Positions 1 to 13,073 of a stretch of 64,000 bases of DNA are shown piece after piece. The translations under genes were made by a program, and so were the position numbers. Origin of the DNA: Octopus vulgaris. Taxonomy: Eukaryota. The stretch spans positions 100,378,001 to 100,442,000 of the forward strand of contig OX597822.1 in assembly GCA_951406725.2 (NCBI GenBank). Reading direction: 5' to 3'. Every line of letters begins with the position of its first letter. Position 1 is the stretch's first letter. The notes below the pieces were generated by a model. It saw only the letters and a list, made by a program, of their open reading frames with translations. It did no database searches and was not told the origin of the DNA.

Positions 1-241
1 CAAACAAAGAATTGGTCAACTTGGAGTCATAAAAGAAGACATTTGTTCATGGCCTGCAGTGAGATTGAACCTGGAACCACATGGTTATGATATGAAATTC
101 TTAACAGCATACTTAAAAAAAATGGATTTAACTTCATGTATTTGTTTTTGTACGTTTTCTTTTCCTTTTTTATTTTATTTATTTATTTCTTGTGAGTTAA
201 AAGTAAATTCAAAATCTTTTCTTTTTCTCTTTATTCTTTAG

Positions 242-328
242 GTTTGTAAAGTATTTCAAGAAAATTTTGAACTCTTTTCTGAAGGAAAAAATTTGAAATT
301 TGAAATTGATTGGTTAAAAGCTTATTAA
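242..328 (+). CDS. Probable last coding exon of a D-2-hydroxyacid dehydrogenase (glyoxylate/hydroxypyruvate reductase A-like)
   Basis: A polypyrimidine tract and AG end at 241, then VCKVFQENFELFSEGKNLKFEIDWLKAY-stop. This matches the F-x-EN...G..L...VD...GY* C-terminus of GhrA-like enzymes (recognised by eye). Upstream exons would lie outside the window. Confidence 0.6.
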   Translation, partial: VCKVFQENFELFSEGKNLKFEIDWLKAY

Positions 329-745
329 ATCGATGATTTTTTAACTCCAGTTATACAATCAGCGTTTGAAAAATAAATTTATAAAGCAAATTTTTTCTGT
401 TTTTACTACTTCTTAAAAATTATTTTCACAGTTATCACAGTTTGTGTCCATGCTGGGGCATTCATCATCATCATCATCATCATCGCTTAACGTTCGCTTT
501 CCATGCTAGTATGGGTATGTGATGATAATCTTGGTTGATTGCATGATATCAAGGTATATATATATTTTTTGCATGTGACAATTGTAATTTCACATGTGTT
601 TAATTTAGGTTTGTAATTTGTTATAAGCAAAACTGCTGTTGTCCTTCTTCATATTCTTGAAGACCCTGTGCTGGAACTAAAACAATTACAGCACAGAATA
701 TTCACATTAGCTATTCAAATACACACAAAATCTGTTAACTTCTCT

Positions 746-1400
746 TCATCATCATCATCATCGTTTAACGTCTGCTTTCTGTGCAAGCATGGGTTCGACA
801 ATTTGACTGAGGGCTGGCGAACCAGATGGCTGCACCAGGCTCCAATCTTCATCTGGCAGAGTTTCTACAGTTGGATGCCCTTCCTAACGCCAACCACTCC
901 GAGAGTGTAGTGGGTGCTTTTACATGCTACCGGCACGAGGGCCAGTTTGGTGGTACTGGCAATGGCCATGACCAAATGGTGCTTTTTATGTGCCACCTGC
1001 ACAGGAGCCAGTCCAGTGGCACTGGCAACGACCTCGCTCGAATGTTTCACGTGCCAACAGCACAAGTGCTAGTAAGGTGGTGTGGTAATGATCACGCTTG
1101 AATGGTGTGCTTAACATGCCATCGGCACGAAGGCCAGCTTGTTGCTCTGGCAACGATCTCACTCGTATGGTACTCTTAGCGCTCCACTAGCAACGGATGC
1201 CAGTCACCGAGTTTGACTTTGATTTCGAATTCACTTGCCTCAACTGGTCTTCGCAAGCAGAGTTTAGTGTCCAATGAAAAAAAGGCATGTATAAGTGGAC
1301 TGGTTACACCCCTAGCATAGGCTACAAGGTTATGGTCACACTTGCGCTTGCCGAGTCTTCTGCAGCACAGCATATTTCCAGAGGTCCCGGTCACTAGTCA
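746..1400 (-). mobile_element. SINE/RTE-tail-like interspersed repeat with (TGA)n tail
   Basis: (TCA)n-TCGTTTAACGTC...GGATGCCCTTCCTAACGCCAACCA. Related copies or fragments at ~460-515, 2410-2770, ~7690-7760 and ~44930-44990. Confidence 0.65.
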
Positions 1401-2409
1401 GCTCCCGGTCATTAGTCAATTAAGAATAAGTGGACTTTAGATCTGTGTGTTTCTTCATCTGGGGATGCACTAAACTGGACAGCTGTGCGGTCATATTCAT
1501 TAAATGTTAAATATCTTCAGACTAATTAGCTGTTCATTAAGTGATACTGCAATTGTAGGATTAAGTAATGATTTTCCTGCAGGATTAAACGAGTTTAAAT
1601 GATAAACATACTTCAAGCACATGTATTGCATCGTGCTCTGTTTGAAGTAGTGCAATTATAACTGCAGTTATTAAGGCATTCTATTGTGAAAAGTAGGCCA
1701 TGTGGTCTTAGCTACACTGCTTAAAAATAAGATGGGGTGTTCATTGTTGGAAGGTTTTTGATCATAGGTCCCTTTTACTCAGGGCTGATCTTAGGTTGAG
1801 CTCTACTACAATGATGCTGACTACAAGAGACAAAATGGGATTCTTCAGGGAGTAAAGAACAGTTGAATATGTAATGAAATGTTTATAGTGAAAGTTGTGC
1901 AAGTCCCATTCAAAGACAAACTTCTTTAGGTTATTAGCATTCCAAATACTGGCTCTCAGCTCTTAACAATTGCTAACTCTGTACTATGGTCACAAGTAAA
2001 ACCCAGAATAGAATGATGCTGCCACTTCTAGGATAATACTGTTTAATGATAAATATACTTCGAGCACATGTATTGCACCATGCACTGCTTGCAATAGTTA
2101 CTAGGGCAGTGTTGAAGGTGCAGAGAAAGGAAAACCAGGATGCAACAGAAAAACTTCCCATATTTTACACAGCCATTGACATGGTGTTAGGTAGTGGATA
2201 ATGGTGTTTTCATGAAGCCAATGTTTTTACTTTGTTTTTCTGTTACTATCTGGTTTGGAATGGTGCATACTGTGCATTTTCTGCTGAGATGTTTATCAAG
2301 AACAGTGAATCTGGGAGGTATTTTTTGCAGCACCCTGCAGTATATAATCTTCATGTCAAATCAGAATTTTCTTTGCTGCTCACCATCACCACCAAGTTAA
2401 AGAATAAAT

Positions 2410-2770
2410 CATCATCATTATCATTGTTTAACGTCTGTTTTCCATGCTAGCATGGGTTGGATGGTTCGATTGGGGTCTGAGAAGCCAGGAGGCTGCACCA
2501 GACTCCAGTCTGATCTGGCAGTGTTTCTACAGCTGGATGCCCTTCCTGACACCAATCACTCCGTGAGTGTAGTGGGTGCTTTTTACATGCCACCAGCACA
2601 GGTGCCAGGGGAGGCTAGCAACGGCCACAATCAGTTGGTGCTTTTTATGTGCCACTGGCACAGAAGCCAGTCAAGGCAGCGCTGGCATCGGCCATGTATG
2701 GATGGTGCTTTTTAGGTGCCAGGGTAGGCTGGCAATGGCCACGAATGGTTGGTGCTTTTTATGTGCCAAC
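2410..2770 (-). mobile_element. Second copy of the (TGA)n-tailed repeat
   Basis: Shares TTTAACGTC..CCATGCTAGCATGGGTT..GGCTGCACCAG..GGATGCCCTTCCT blocks with 746-1400. Confidence 0.6.
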
Positions 2771-3319
2771 AATGAGTAAACTAATTTAATCATTATTGAG
2801 CTGCTATTTAACTTTTAGGAGATGACAGAGCCAATCTGTTGGCCTAAAAGTTGAATGATGAAGAACACTGTATTAGTTCATTCAATTTCCTACAAGAATA
2901 CATTTAGTTTTATATATATGTAAAGTAATTTATATTTTGTAATTTTTTTTGAAAAATAAGTGCATACCCACTGTAGTGCTTGTGAAAAAGGTTATCTTCT
3001 TGGCACAGAAATTCCAAATGAGGCTCCATCTCCAGAGGGTTAAGCTGGTTAGCTGACAGAATTGTTTGTGTATTGGAAAAAATTTTTAGCAGCATTTCTT
3101 CTAGCTCTTTATGTTCTGAGTTCAAATCCTGCTGAGGTCAACTTTGCCTTTTATCTTTTCAGAGTCAGTAAAATAAATATCAGTCAAGTTCTAGGGTTTG
3201 GTGTAATCTCCTCAAAACTGCTAGCCTTATGCCAAAATTAAAGGGAATTTTTAAGCTGCTGTTTAGAGCATAAATAAACTTGAAATTTTGATGGAGGGTT
3301 TTAATTTGGATCATTTTAA

Positions 3320-3536
3320 CCCTTTAGCATTCACTTTACTCTGTCAAATATAATATTTATTCATTCATATTGGTTTCAACTCATCCTTTATCTTGTAGGG
3401 TTGAGATTTTGATTGTATGAGTGTAAATTTTCAAAATGACATTGTAAGGTAGGTATGAGAGGCAGGATCTGTCCCATTTGAACATAAAACAGGTAGAATA
3501 TTTGGGTCAGATATGGTCAGATTAAATGCTAAAGGG
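3320..3536. mobile_element. piggyBac-like MITE
   Basis: TIRs CCCTTTAGCATT / AATGCTAAAGGG with TTAA on both sides. Confidence 0.75.
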
Positions 3537-3808
3537 TTAAAGCAGGAAGTTTGTTTCATAGAATTTTGGACAATCTCAGACAGGTCAACATCAAAAGAGC
3601 TAATCGTTTTGTTACTCTGTTTCTGTTGAAATATACCAACTTTAGAGCGGTTGTATACTGTCAACTTAACGTGACAGTCCCGTAAAAGGAATCACACCAC
3701 CGCTATTTAGCCCTAGGAAGCATCAACGCTTCCTGTCGGCTTTGACACATTTCCTGTGTCCTTATATTTACGAAGGGGAGACAAACACTCCCAACAGCTA
3801 GGCCTGCA

Positions 3809-3851
3809 TCCAGAGACTAGTTTCTGAGTATTTGCTCATCATCAGTCTAGA
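3809..3851 (-). ncRNA. Type I minimal hammerhead ribozyme (Penelope/retrozyme type)
   Basis: The minus strand reads TCTAGA-CTGATGA-TGAG(caaata)CTCA-GAAA-C-TA-G-TC-TCTGGA. This gives an intact core, stem I, stem II, a palindromic ACTAGT stem III and a GUC cleavage triplet. Confidence 0.8.
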
Positions 3852-4084
3852 GTAGCAAGGCCTGCTAGCTGAAGATACCTGTCTAGACTTTGTAAACATA
3901 TATATTTTCAGTGAAGTTTATTTACTGATCGCCAAAAGTAGAAATGAAATTTAATATTTCTAATATACTTACTTTGTTAGTAATTAATTTTTGAAATAAT
4001 GAAGAATTTACTAAAACAACTCCATCATTATTAAGTTGGTGTTTGGGTCACGTGAAATTTTGATGAAAGTTTTAATTCAGATCA

Positions 4085-4450
4085 TATGGTTCTGGGTTCA
4101 GTCTCACTGTGTGGCATCTTGGGCAAGTATCTTCTATTGTGCCCACCAAAGCCTTGTAAGTGGATTTGGTAGCTGGAAACTGGAAGGAGCCTGTTGCTTG
4201 TGTATATGTATATATATATATATATGTGTGTGTGCGTGTGTGTGTCCCACAATGGCTTTATCACTGGTGGGTGTTGGTTTGTTTATGTTCCCATAACTTT
4301 GCAGTTTGGCAAAAGAGACTGATAGGATAAGTAACCAGGCTTTAAAAAAAACAAGTACTGGAGTTGATTCATTCAACCAAAATCCTTCAAGTCTGTGGTG
4401 CCCCAGCATGGTCGCAGTGTAATGACTGAAACAAGCAAAAGATAAAAGAT
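4085..4450 (+). mobile_element. tRNA-derived SINE family A (5'-truncated)
   Basis: GGTTCAGTC B-box-like motif, TTGGGCAAGT block, internal (TA/TG)n, AATGACTGAAACAAG tail. Confidence 0.75.
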
Positions 4451-5563
4451 TTCCTTAAAACAAGAAATTCCTATCATAGAACCACCAATGGTCTCAAGTG
4501 GATTGGGATGAAAAGGGCTAAAGATGGCACTGGAAAATGGCATATTTAGAATTAGGGAAAGTTACAAACTGCAAGGCATATTTCTCAGATGTAAGGGACA
4601 TGTGTAAAGAAAGACATCACAAGTAAAATAACGTGAGTGAAATATTTAACTTTAGCTGCACTGATTATCCAGACTAAGCAGTAATGGCCACTTGTAACAG
4701 AATAGCTGATTATCCTCCAAATCCATCCTAAGACGTGCTGATCAGTCAAGGATTAATAATGCATTATCTTCATATCAATTTATTTATCACGTTTTTTGTC
4801 GTGTGTATTTTAGGAAAATGATTACTTTCTTATTTACTAGAAAAGAAAAAAAGTAAAAAAAAAAACAATGAAAAATAAATGTTTTTAGTTAATATTAATC
4901 ATTATGAAAAAATTATTTAAAAATAACTTCAGGCACACACACACACACACACACGTACACACACCAATTGTGCTGTGTTGATTTTATTAGAATCAATCAG
5001 AAATATATATTGGTTATTTATGAAATTATTTATTTATTTTTAGATATTGATTTTTTCAAGACAAGTAAAGAATATATTTGTAAGGAATGGAATATAAGAT
5101 GTTGAGCCACTCATGGTCTTCTCAAAGACAATCAGCATGTATGAGAATAGAGTCAAATACCCGTAACCAGGAACTGAAACTTGGTTTAATATTAATTTTT
5201 GTGAGAAAAGCAGCAAATTTATCAAATTATTTGCTGAGTGAAATGCTTAACACATTTCAACTATCATATCATTAGGTTGTGAGTTCAGATTCCACTGGGG
5301 TTAATTTTGCCTTTGGGAGTCGATAAAATAAGCACCAACTGAGTATTGGAGAGGGGTCGATGTAATTGACTTAAAGCCGCCCCTGAACATGCTGGCCTTG
5401 TGCCAAAATTTGAAACCAATATTAATTTTTGTGAGAAGCTTACTTGTTGCTTTGCAAGCCTACAATTAATTTTGAAAATAGATTTCTTATCTTTTGGGTT
5501 GTCAGTTAAATTTGTTTTTTCCTCACCATTTATTTTAATCATTTAATCATTTTAATCATTTAA

Positions 5564-5777
5564 CCCTTTCATTACTGTATTTATTTTGAGATGTTCTGTG
5601 TTTCTTTCAATTACTTTAAATATAACAAAGAATTTAGTAAAATAACTTAGTTATCATTGAGCTAGTGTTAGGAGCATATATTGTGACTAAGGTTTAGTGG
5701 AAGATTTTAATTCAAAATTTATGAAAACAAGACATTTGTACTCAGAGCCGGTTTCAGCCGGGTTGGTAACGAAAGGG
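5564..5777. mobile_element. piggyBac-like MITE
   Basis: TTAA-CCCTTTCATTAC ... GTAACGAAAGGG-TTAA. Confidence 0.75.
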
Positions 5778-5824
5778 TTAATCATTTTAATTATTTTTTT
5801 CATGAACAGTTTTAACAAATAAGT

Positions 5825-6468
5825 AATTGATATATTCTCCTTCACTGTTCACAAATTCTAGCCAATGTCGCATAGCTTTCACAGTAGAAATTTCCAAGTC
5901 TTGAGCTACATTTTCAGTTCCACATCGTAGTTGAATGAAATGTTTCCCACTTTATTAGAGAGTGTCTGAAAAAGGCAATATGGTGGGTGTGATAGAACTT
6001 TCCATTGAAGTTCTTGAATAGTATTTGTGGTCAAATTGTGACATAGGAGTGAGCACGAAGAGGCATGTTGTGTCACTGGCCAGGTTGTTTGGACCTTATC
6101 AAGGTGACAGTTGACAGTTTGGACCTGTTAAGGTAACAGTTGACAATTTGAACCTGTCAAAGAGACAGCTGATGGTATCTTGCAAGTATCTAATCTGCTG
6201 GCCAATACCCTTGTGGATTTGTGTTGATCTTGGTGGATGAGTTCATTCAATCAATGTTCATTGAAATGAATTGGTCAGTTAGAACGTGGAGAGTCTGTGA
6301 GGTTGAATTTCCCTTCTTTGAAGAAAACCATTTCTGTGTAGTTCTTTCAGTAATAGTGCCTTCTCTGTATACAGCGCAAATGTTTTGAGTTGGTTTAACA
6401 TCTTTGGAACCTTGATTGAAGGTGGAGAGAAGCTGGTGCTGAAAATGCTCAGTTATTGTCTTGTTTGT
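5825..6468 (-). pseudogene. Degenerate, internally deleted mariner transposase
   Basis: Minus-strand translation gives an N-terminal HTH-like part (HFQHQLL..FNQG..QNICAVYREGTITERTTQKWFS..KGKFNLTDSPRS..LNELIHQD..STRVLA) and a C-terminal part (TIQELQWKVLSHPPY...WLEFVNSEGEYI). Contains stops and frameshifts. Confidence 0.75.
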
Positions 6469-8112
6469 CTGAAAAGAGGTAAAATTTATTCAAATTTCAA
6501 AAAATGATAAACGAAAGTTGGAGAGGATGAGTAGATCTACAAAAAAAACAATAACAACAACAAAAAAAACGTAGAACACAATGATAAAATTCGGAGATGT
6601 ACTTGCATAGCAAGTGACCTAATCTGAGATTGTGTGCTGGAACAAAAACAATTGCAGCATGACAAATTAAATTTAAATGTTAAAGTGAATCTTATGGTTT
6701 TTGTGTGTTTCTTAAATGGCTTATAAACACCTTCCACGCTACAATGATAAAAGTATTTTTGTTAATTCAAATAACATTGGAAAGAAATGAAAAAAATCTA
6801 TCTGACATCCCAATAAATTTTTCCAATATTTTAATTCCTTTGATTTTCAAGCATAGTGGCAGTAAATACTACATGTGTTGCTTTGCAATAGTTACTGTTA
6901 ATGTTACATAATTGGGGAGTAATATAAGAGGTTTATCCCCTCCATATATATGTGTATAAATTTTGTTTCCTTTGTGGTGGACTTCTAGTCCAATTTTTTA
7001 TATATATTTGTAAGAGGTTTAATATCTCTATATATGTTGTTTTTAACGAATAATGTTTTAGAGAAGCAGAGGGTCGGTGGGCGCTTGATTTTGCCTTTCA
7101 TCCTTTCGGGGTCGATAAATTAAGTACCAGTTGTGTACTGGAGTCGATCTAATTTTCGGGCCGTGTGCCTAGAGTAGAAAACATTATTATCATTCGCCTC
7201 ATTAATGTCTTGTCCAGCCCACAAAGCTACATATCTGTGTACTGTCTTTCTGGCAAATGATATAAAATAAAATAAAATAAAATAAAGTTACTGTTAATAT
7301 TTGAAAATTTGTAAGTTGGCAGAATTGTTAGCATGCCAAGAAAAATACTTAGCATTCTTGCGTTCAGAGTTCAAATTCTGCTGAGGTCTACTTTGCCTGT
7401 CATTCTTTCGGGGTCAATAAAATAAATACCAGTTGATCACTAGGGCTAATGTGATGGATCTACACCCCTCCTCTGAGTTTGCTGGCCTTGCACTGAAATC
7501 TGAAATCTATCAATTTGAAATCAATCAAAATTGATTTCTTATAAAGGTATATGATTCTATTGGAGGGAAACAGAGCCTGTGTGCTTTTACATTGCCTTTT
7601 TTTCAAGGGGGTGAAAATAAATCTGGTATGTTTCCTTCTGTCCATTCTTGAAGGCATATTGATAAACAGAGAGATAAACAGATGTTGCCATCATCACCAT
7701 CATCATCTTCGTTGTTGTCATTTTAACGTCTAGTTTTCCACGCTGGTATGGGTCAGACAAATGTATTTTGTGGTAGAATTTTCAACGACTGCATGACCTT
7801 CCTGTCGCAAGACCTCACCTGTTTCTAAGCAAAATATTGACTTCCTATGATAGGACATGTTTACACAAGGAAGAATAGTTTTAAGACGTTAACTGAGTGA
7901 TTCGAAACGGTGTTAGTCAATAGCATCTATTGCTGTATTAGACTGTACTTTATTTGATCCACCTTGGAGGGATGAAAGGCAAAGTTAACAGGCGTGATTT
8001 GAACTCAGAATGTAAAGAGCTTGAAGAAATACCACGGCATGCTTTTCATATGTTCTAACAATCGTGCTAGCCCATTGCTCTTGGAAATTTTTGTTTAGAA
8101 ATATCCATTTAG

Positions 8113-8520
8113 TGGCACAGGCATGGCTGGGTGGTAAGAAGCTTGCTTTCCAACTGCATGGTTCTGGGTTCAGTCCCACGGCATGACACCTTGGGTAAGT
8201 GTCTTCTACTCGAGCTTCGGGCTGACCAAAGCCTTGTGAGTGGATTTCGTAGGTGGAAACTGAAAGAAGCCCATTGTGTGTGTGTGTGTGTGTATCTATG
8301 TGTGTCTTTGTCCTATGTGTTTATCTTCCTTGCTACAGCTTGACAACTGGTGTTAGTTTGTTTATGCCTCTGTAACTTAGCAGTTCAGCAAAAGAGACTG
8401 GTAGAATAAGTACCAGGCTTTAAAAAATAAATACTGGGGTCGATTTGTTCGACTAAAACCCTTCAACGTGGTGCGCCAACATGACTGCAGGCCAGTGGCT
8501 GAAACAAGTAAAAGATAACA
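8113..8520 (+). mobile_element. SINE family A copy
   Basis: GGCACAGGCATGGCTGGGTGGTAAG...GGTTCAGTCCC...CTGAAACAAGTAAAAG. Confidence 0.75.
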
Positions 8521-8559
8521 GACAAAAGAAGATTTTGGTGGAATTATCGGAAAAAAAGG

Positions 8560-8974
8560 AAAATGATACTACACATTCTGACAAAAATCGTAATCTACAT
8601 AGTCTAAAATGTGTTTCTGGAAAATTTCATTTAAAATTAAGCTTATTTATGAAAGTTATGAAAAAGAAAGTGTATGTGTGTGGAATTATCTGAAGCCACT
8701 AAAACTATTTTTTAAAAATCATATTTTATCAACATACCTATAATCTGCATTATTTAAAAGGTATCTCTGGAAATTTTCATTGAAATATCTTCGTTTAAAA
8801 TGAATGTTATAGGGAAACAAATTTTGGTAGTGAGGGATTATCTGAGGTTCCTGCTAAAATAAATAAAAACAAAAATTACGACTTTTTCCTACAAATTCGT
8901 AATCTGCATTGTCTAAAATATATCTCTGGAAAATTTCATTACAAATATGCAGTTTTGTTAGTCAAAAGGAATGT

Positions 8975-9052
<78 letters not shown>

Positions 9053-9370
9053 TTGAAACGTTCTCCCCACTCCCAAATTTGTACAACTTTTTACTGTCAA
9101 AATCATAATGTACTTTTTTAAAAATGTATCTCTGACAAATTTTATTTATAAATAAATAAGTATTTTTATGAAAGTTTCGAGAAAGAAAATGTGACAGGAA
9201 GATTATCCAAAGTCCCCCCCCCCCCAAAAAAAATGGGAAAAAAGAAACCATCTGCTTTCAAATTTTATCCCTATAATCGTAATTTGCACCACCTAAAACA
9301 TATTTCTGGGAAATTTCATTTTAAAGTATTCATTTTAAGAATGTGTGGTAGGAGAAATTACCCAAAGATT
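8560..9370. repeat. Diverged ~150-200-bp tandem repeat (about 5 units)
   Basis: Recurring block CGTAATCTGCAT..CTAAAA..TAT(C/T)TCTGGAAAATTTCATT at ~8589, 8740, 8898, 9105 and 9278, plus a related copy at ~10450. Confidence 0.6.
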
Positions 9371-9627
9371 GGTTAATAAGCAGTTGAAGGGTTTCAAAAT
9401 GAAAGTAAATTGACCGGAAACGACGGCAGTGTCATCCCATAATTTCAAAACGCGAATGCCAAAAGAACTGGTAAAAATCCTTTAATTTTATTACCAGAAC
9501 TCCCACAATAATGCTGCGTCCACGGGCACCTACTTATGAACTACATTCAAGTGATATCTTAAATATTTCAAAAAATGTTGTCGAGGTACATTGTTCCAAC
9601 GTCCAATAATTCCCAAGAAGAAATTAC

Positions 9628-10047
9628 GGATCTTTTCGGTTTGAACGGCAGTTTTTAAAAAATAATTTCCACGTAACTAAACACTTTTAAACTTCGTATA
9701 CTGGTAGAATGTGTTTATGAAACATCTTTTTCTCTTGGCTTTATTGAGAAAATTCTATAGTTTGTAAGATATTGGTTGTTTTTTTTTTCTTCAATTTCTG
9801 CAATTTCAACCAATCAACGACGTCTATTGAGGTGAAAACATTCTGTGCCGTATGAATATGTCCCTCGTTTAAGAAACAGATTGGGTTTATTTACATTTCT
9901 GAAGAAAAAAAAAGATACCCTTCTTCCACCCCCACCCTAACCCTAAAACAGATTGAAATGCAATAGATCAATACTAAGGTCATAATTATGGGTGACAATT
10001 TCATATGACACCGCTAGAAAAAACTGCCGTTCAAACCGAAAAGATCC
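9628..10047. mobile_element. Non-autonomous TIR element (MITE) containing CCCTAACCCTAA
   Basis: Perfect 29-bp TIR GGATCTTTTCGGTTTGAACGGCAGTTTTT. Two telomeric hexamers at ~9935-9946. Flanked by a 79-bp direct duplication. Confidence 0.8.
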
Positions 10048-10823
10048 AAGTGATATCTTAAATATTTCAAAAAATGTTGTTGAGGGACTTTGTCCCAAAG
10101 TCCAATAATTCCCAAGAAGAAATTACCACTGAGAAGGCGATTCGATGGCTTGTTTGTCGACGAACAATAGCAAACTCAGTTACATGTGAGCAATGCAAAT
10201 AACCCTGCACATCTACTGGGCCGTACAGAAAAGACAAACGGGAAAGCGATGGCGTTGTCCTAGTCACTTCACGTTCTATTCATTTGGTAATGTTACATAA
10301 ATTGTTTATACGAAATTATCAACCGCAATTTTCGTCACCCCGCTCAATTTACTTTCGTTTCTTTAAACCCTTAAACTGCATGTTAAGTTGGAGCCTCTAA
10401 AAAAAAAAAAAAAGTTTTTCTCTCTTTTTATTCCTTTGTCGGATAAATTCGTAACCTACGCTTTTTGAAGTGTTTCTCTGCAACATTTCATTAAAATACA
10501 TGAATTTTTAATGAAAGCTATGGGAAACAACACTAGGGCGGGTGTGAGGAGTGGAGGTACACTTCAGAATTTGTGTCTCTTTGACTCTATGTTCTTCCCT
10601 TTCTTTTTTCTTTTAATACTGTAGGTTGTGAGTTATGATTTAGATGCTAATTTTTTTGTAGGTCGACCGAGCAAGACAAATGCTCTGACGTTGGATCAAA
10701 TTGGATTTTCTTTTGTAAAGGTTGCATTTGTTACAGAATTTACAAGCGAAAGTATTTGATAATGAACATCGTCGTAATCATTTCTGTTCGTTTAAAAACA
10801 CCTCCACACACACTTTTTCCCTA

Positions 10824-10871
<48 letters not shown>

Positions 10872-10987
10872 TCTCTGTCTGTCTGTCTGTCTCTCTCTCT
10901 GTGGTACATATACATACCTCCTTCGGCCTTCATGTAACAGTTTATACCAAAACACCACCACCACACACACACACACACAGACACACA

Positions 10988-11076
<89 letters not shown>

Positions 11077-11463
11077 GTACCCATACATACCACCCGCGGC
11101 CTTCATGCAACAGTTTATACCAAAACATAAAAACGTAATTTCATTGAAACTCTGAAGCGACTTTATTATTTATTATGAAACGGTAATGAATTCCTCAACC
11201 GGCATCTAACCATATGTTTGTACATGTGTGCCAAAACGTGACAACTCGGGAAAGGTTGGGTTTATGAAATCCCGCCCAGATACAGTTTGTTTATGTTGTA
11301 ACGATAAAAAAACACGAAATTGCAACAGGATTTACCTGTTAATCGCCTCTTGATATTAGAGCAAAAAAAAAAAAAAAAGTATTAATCGTCTCGCGCCAAT
11401 TATGTATATCTATGTGAAAGTTAATCTTATCCACGTGTCTTAACTTCGTGATTGTTTAAACTT

Positions 11464-11775
11464 GCGCAGGAGTGGCTGTGTGGTAAGTAGCTTGCTTACC
11501 AACCACATGGTTCCGGGTTCAGTCCCACTACGTGGCACCTTGGGCAAGTGTCTTCTACTATAGCCTCGGGCCAACCAAAGCCTTGTGAGTGGATTTGGTA
11601 CACAGAAACTGAAAGAAGCCTGTCGTATATATGTATATATATATGTGTGTGTATGTGTATGTATGTGTTTGTGTGTCTGTGTTTGTCCCCCTAGCATTGC
11701 TTGACAACCGATGCTGGTGTGTTTACGCCCCCGTGACTTAGCGGTTCGTCAAAAGAGACCGATAGAATAAGTGAT
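11464..11775 (+). mobile_element. SINE family A copy (3'-truncated)
   Basis: GCGCAGGAGTGGCTGTGTGGTAAG head, GGTTCAGTCCC B-box-like motif. Confidence 0.8.
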
Positions 11776-12148
11776 GGACTGGCGTCCCGTCCAGCTGTGG
11801 AACACATACGCCATAGAAACCGGGAAACCGGGCCCATGAGCCTGGTGGGCTCTAAAAGGGCGCATTTATTATTTATTTATCATGCATACACTATTTCACT
11901 TCATCTCGTTTACAATCCCATTGCTCCCCTCACAAGATGAACCTTCCAAAAACATTTTACGGTTTGGAAAACCTAATTTACAACCTGGTAACTAACGGCT
12001 ACGAAGTCAAAATTTTTCCTTGTGAAAATAAAATAATGCTTATAGTCAAATAACGATTTCGATGCTAGTAAAACCAACAAGTTGTGGTTACCTTATTGCC
12101 ATTAAAACGCGTGTCTCTTTAACGCTGTAACGTCTTTTCTGTTTACAG

Positions 12149-12271
12149 ATGGCTTGTGTATTGAAGAGAGCCATGGTCCCAGCAGTCAAGATGGAAAAGG
12201 CGTTGCTCCGGAGGATGGCAAGGGAGATGCGGGGCTCGCACTTGCAGATGACCATCTCTGCCCTGATAGCG
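12149..12271 (+). CDS. Candidate internal coding exon (123 nt), unknown gene
   Basis: Acceptor CTTTTCTGTTTACAG, donor CG|GTGAGG, length a multiple of 3. GC-rich unique sequence, open as DGLCIEESHGPSSQDGKGVAPEDGKGDAGLALADDHLCPDS. No homologue recognised. Confidence 0.35.
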
Positions 12272-12436
12272 GTGAGGAGGCATATAGTGCAGGGACCGAG
12301 AACACCGGAGATTTCCACTGTCACCGGCACGAAAATGGCTATGTTAAATCAGTAGTTCTCAAATGGGGTTCATATAAGATTTTGCCGTTAAAATTTATGG
12401 GCAATAAATTGGTTATGCTTCTGCGATACACAAATA

Positions 12437-12842
12437 GGTGCAGGAGTGGCTGTGTGGTAACTAGCTTGCTTACCAACCACATGGTTCTGGGTTCAGTCCC
12501 ACTGCGTGGAACCTTGGGCAAGTGTCTTCTACTGTAGCCTCGGGCTGACCAACGCTTTGTGAGTGGATTTGGTAGATAGAAACTGAAAGAAGCCCGTCGT
12601 ATATATGTATATATGTGTGTGTGCATGTTTGTGTGTCTGTGTTTGTCACCCCCCCCCCCCCCAATATCGCTTGACAATCGATGCTGGTCTGTTTACGTCC
12701 CCGTAACGTAGCGGTTTGGCAAAAATACCGATAGAATAAGTACTAGGCTTACAAAGAATATGTCCTGGGGTCGATTTGCTCGACTAAAGGCGGTGCTCCA
12801 GCATGGCCGCACTCAAATGACTGAAACAAGTAAAAGAGTAAA
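12437..12842 (+). mobile_element. SINE family A, full length
   Basis: Head GGTGCAGGAGTGGCTGTGTGG, tail AATGACTGAAACAAGTAAAAGAGTA. Confidence 0.85.
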
Positions 12843-13073
12843 ATATTTTAATAACTCTTTTATGCAATTCCTAATAATTAAATTAATTATAAAAAATGCA
12901 ACAAAACTTTTAAAACCTGGAATGGTTATGGGGCTCCAGTAGAGCAAAACAGGAATCAAAGGGTTCCACAGGCATAAAATGGTTGAGAGCCACTGCATTA
13001 ATCGGTAGGTTGTACAATCATCAAAACAACAAAAAGAAGGAAAAAACCCCCCAAAAACTAACGCTTCAGTAAT

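Noticed and set aside
12149-12355. Histone-fold-like ORF (KALLRRMAREMRGSHLQMTISALIAV)
   Set aside because: Only superficial resemblance to histone H3 helix 1-2. The remainder does not fit, and splice signals favour another frame.
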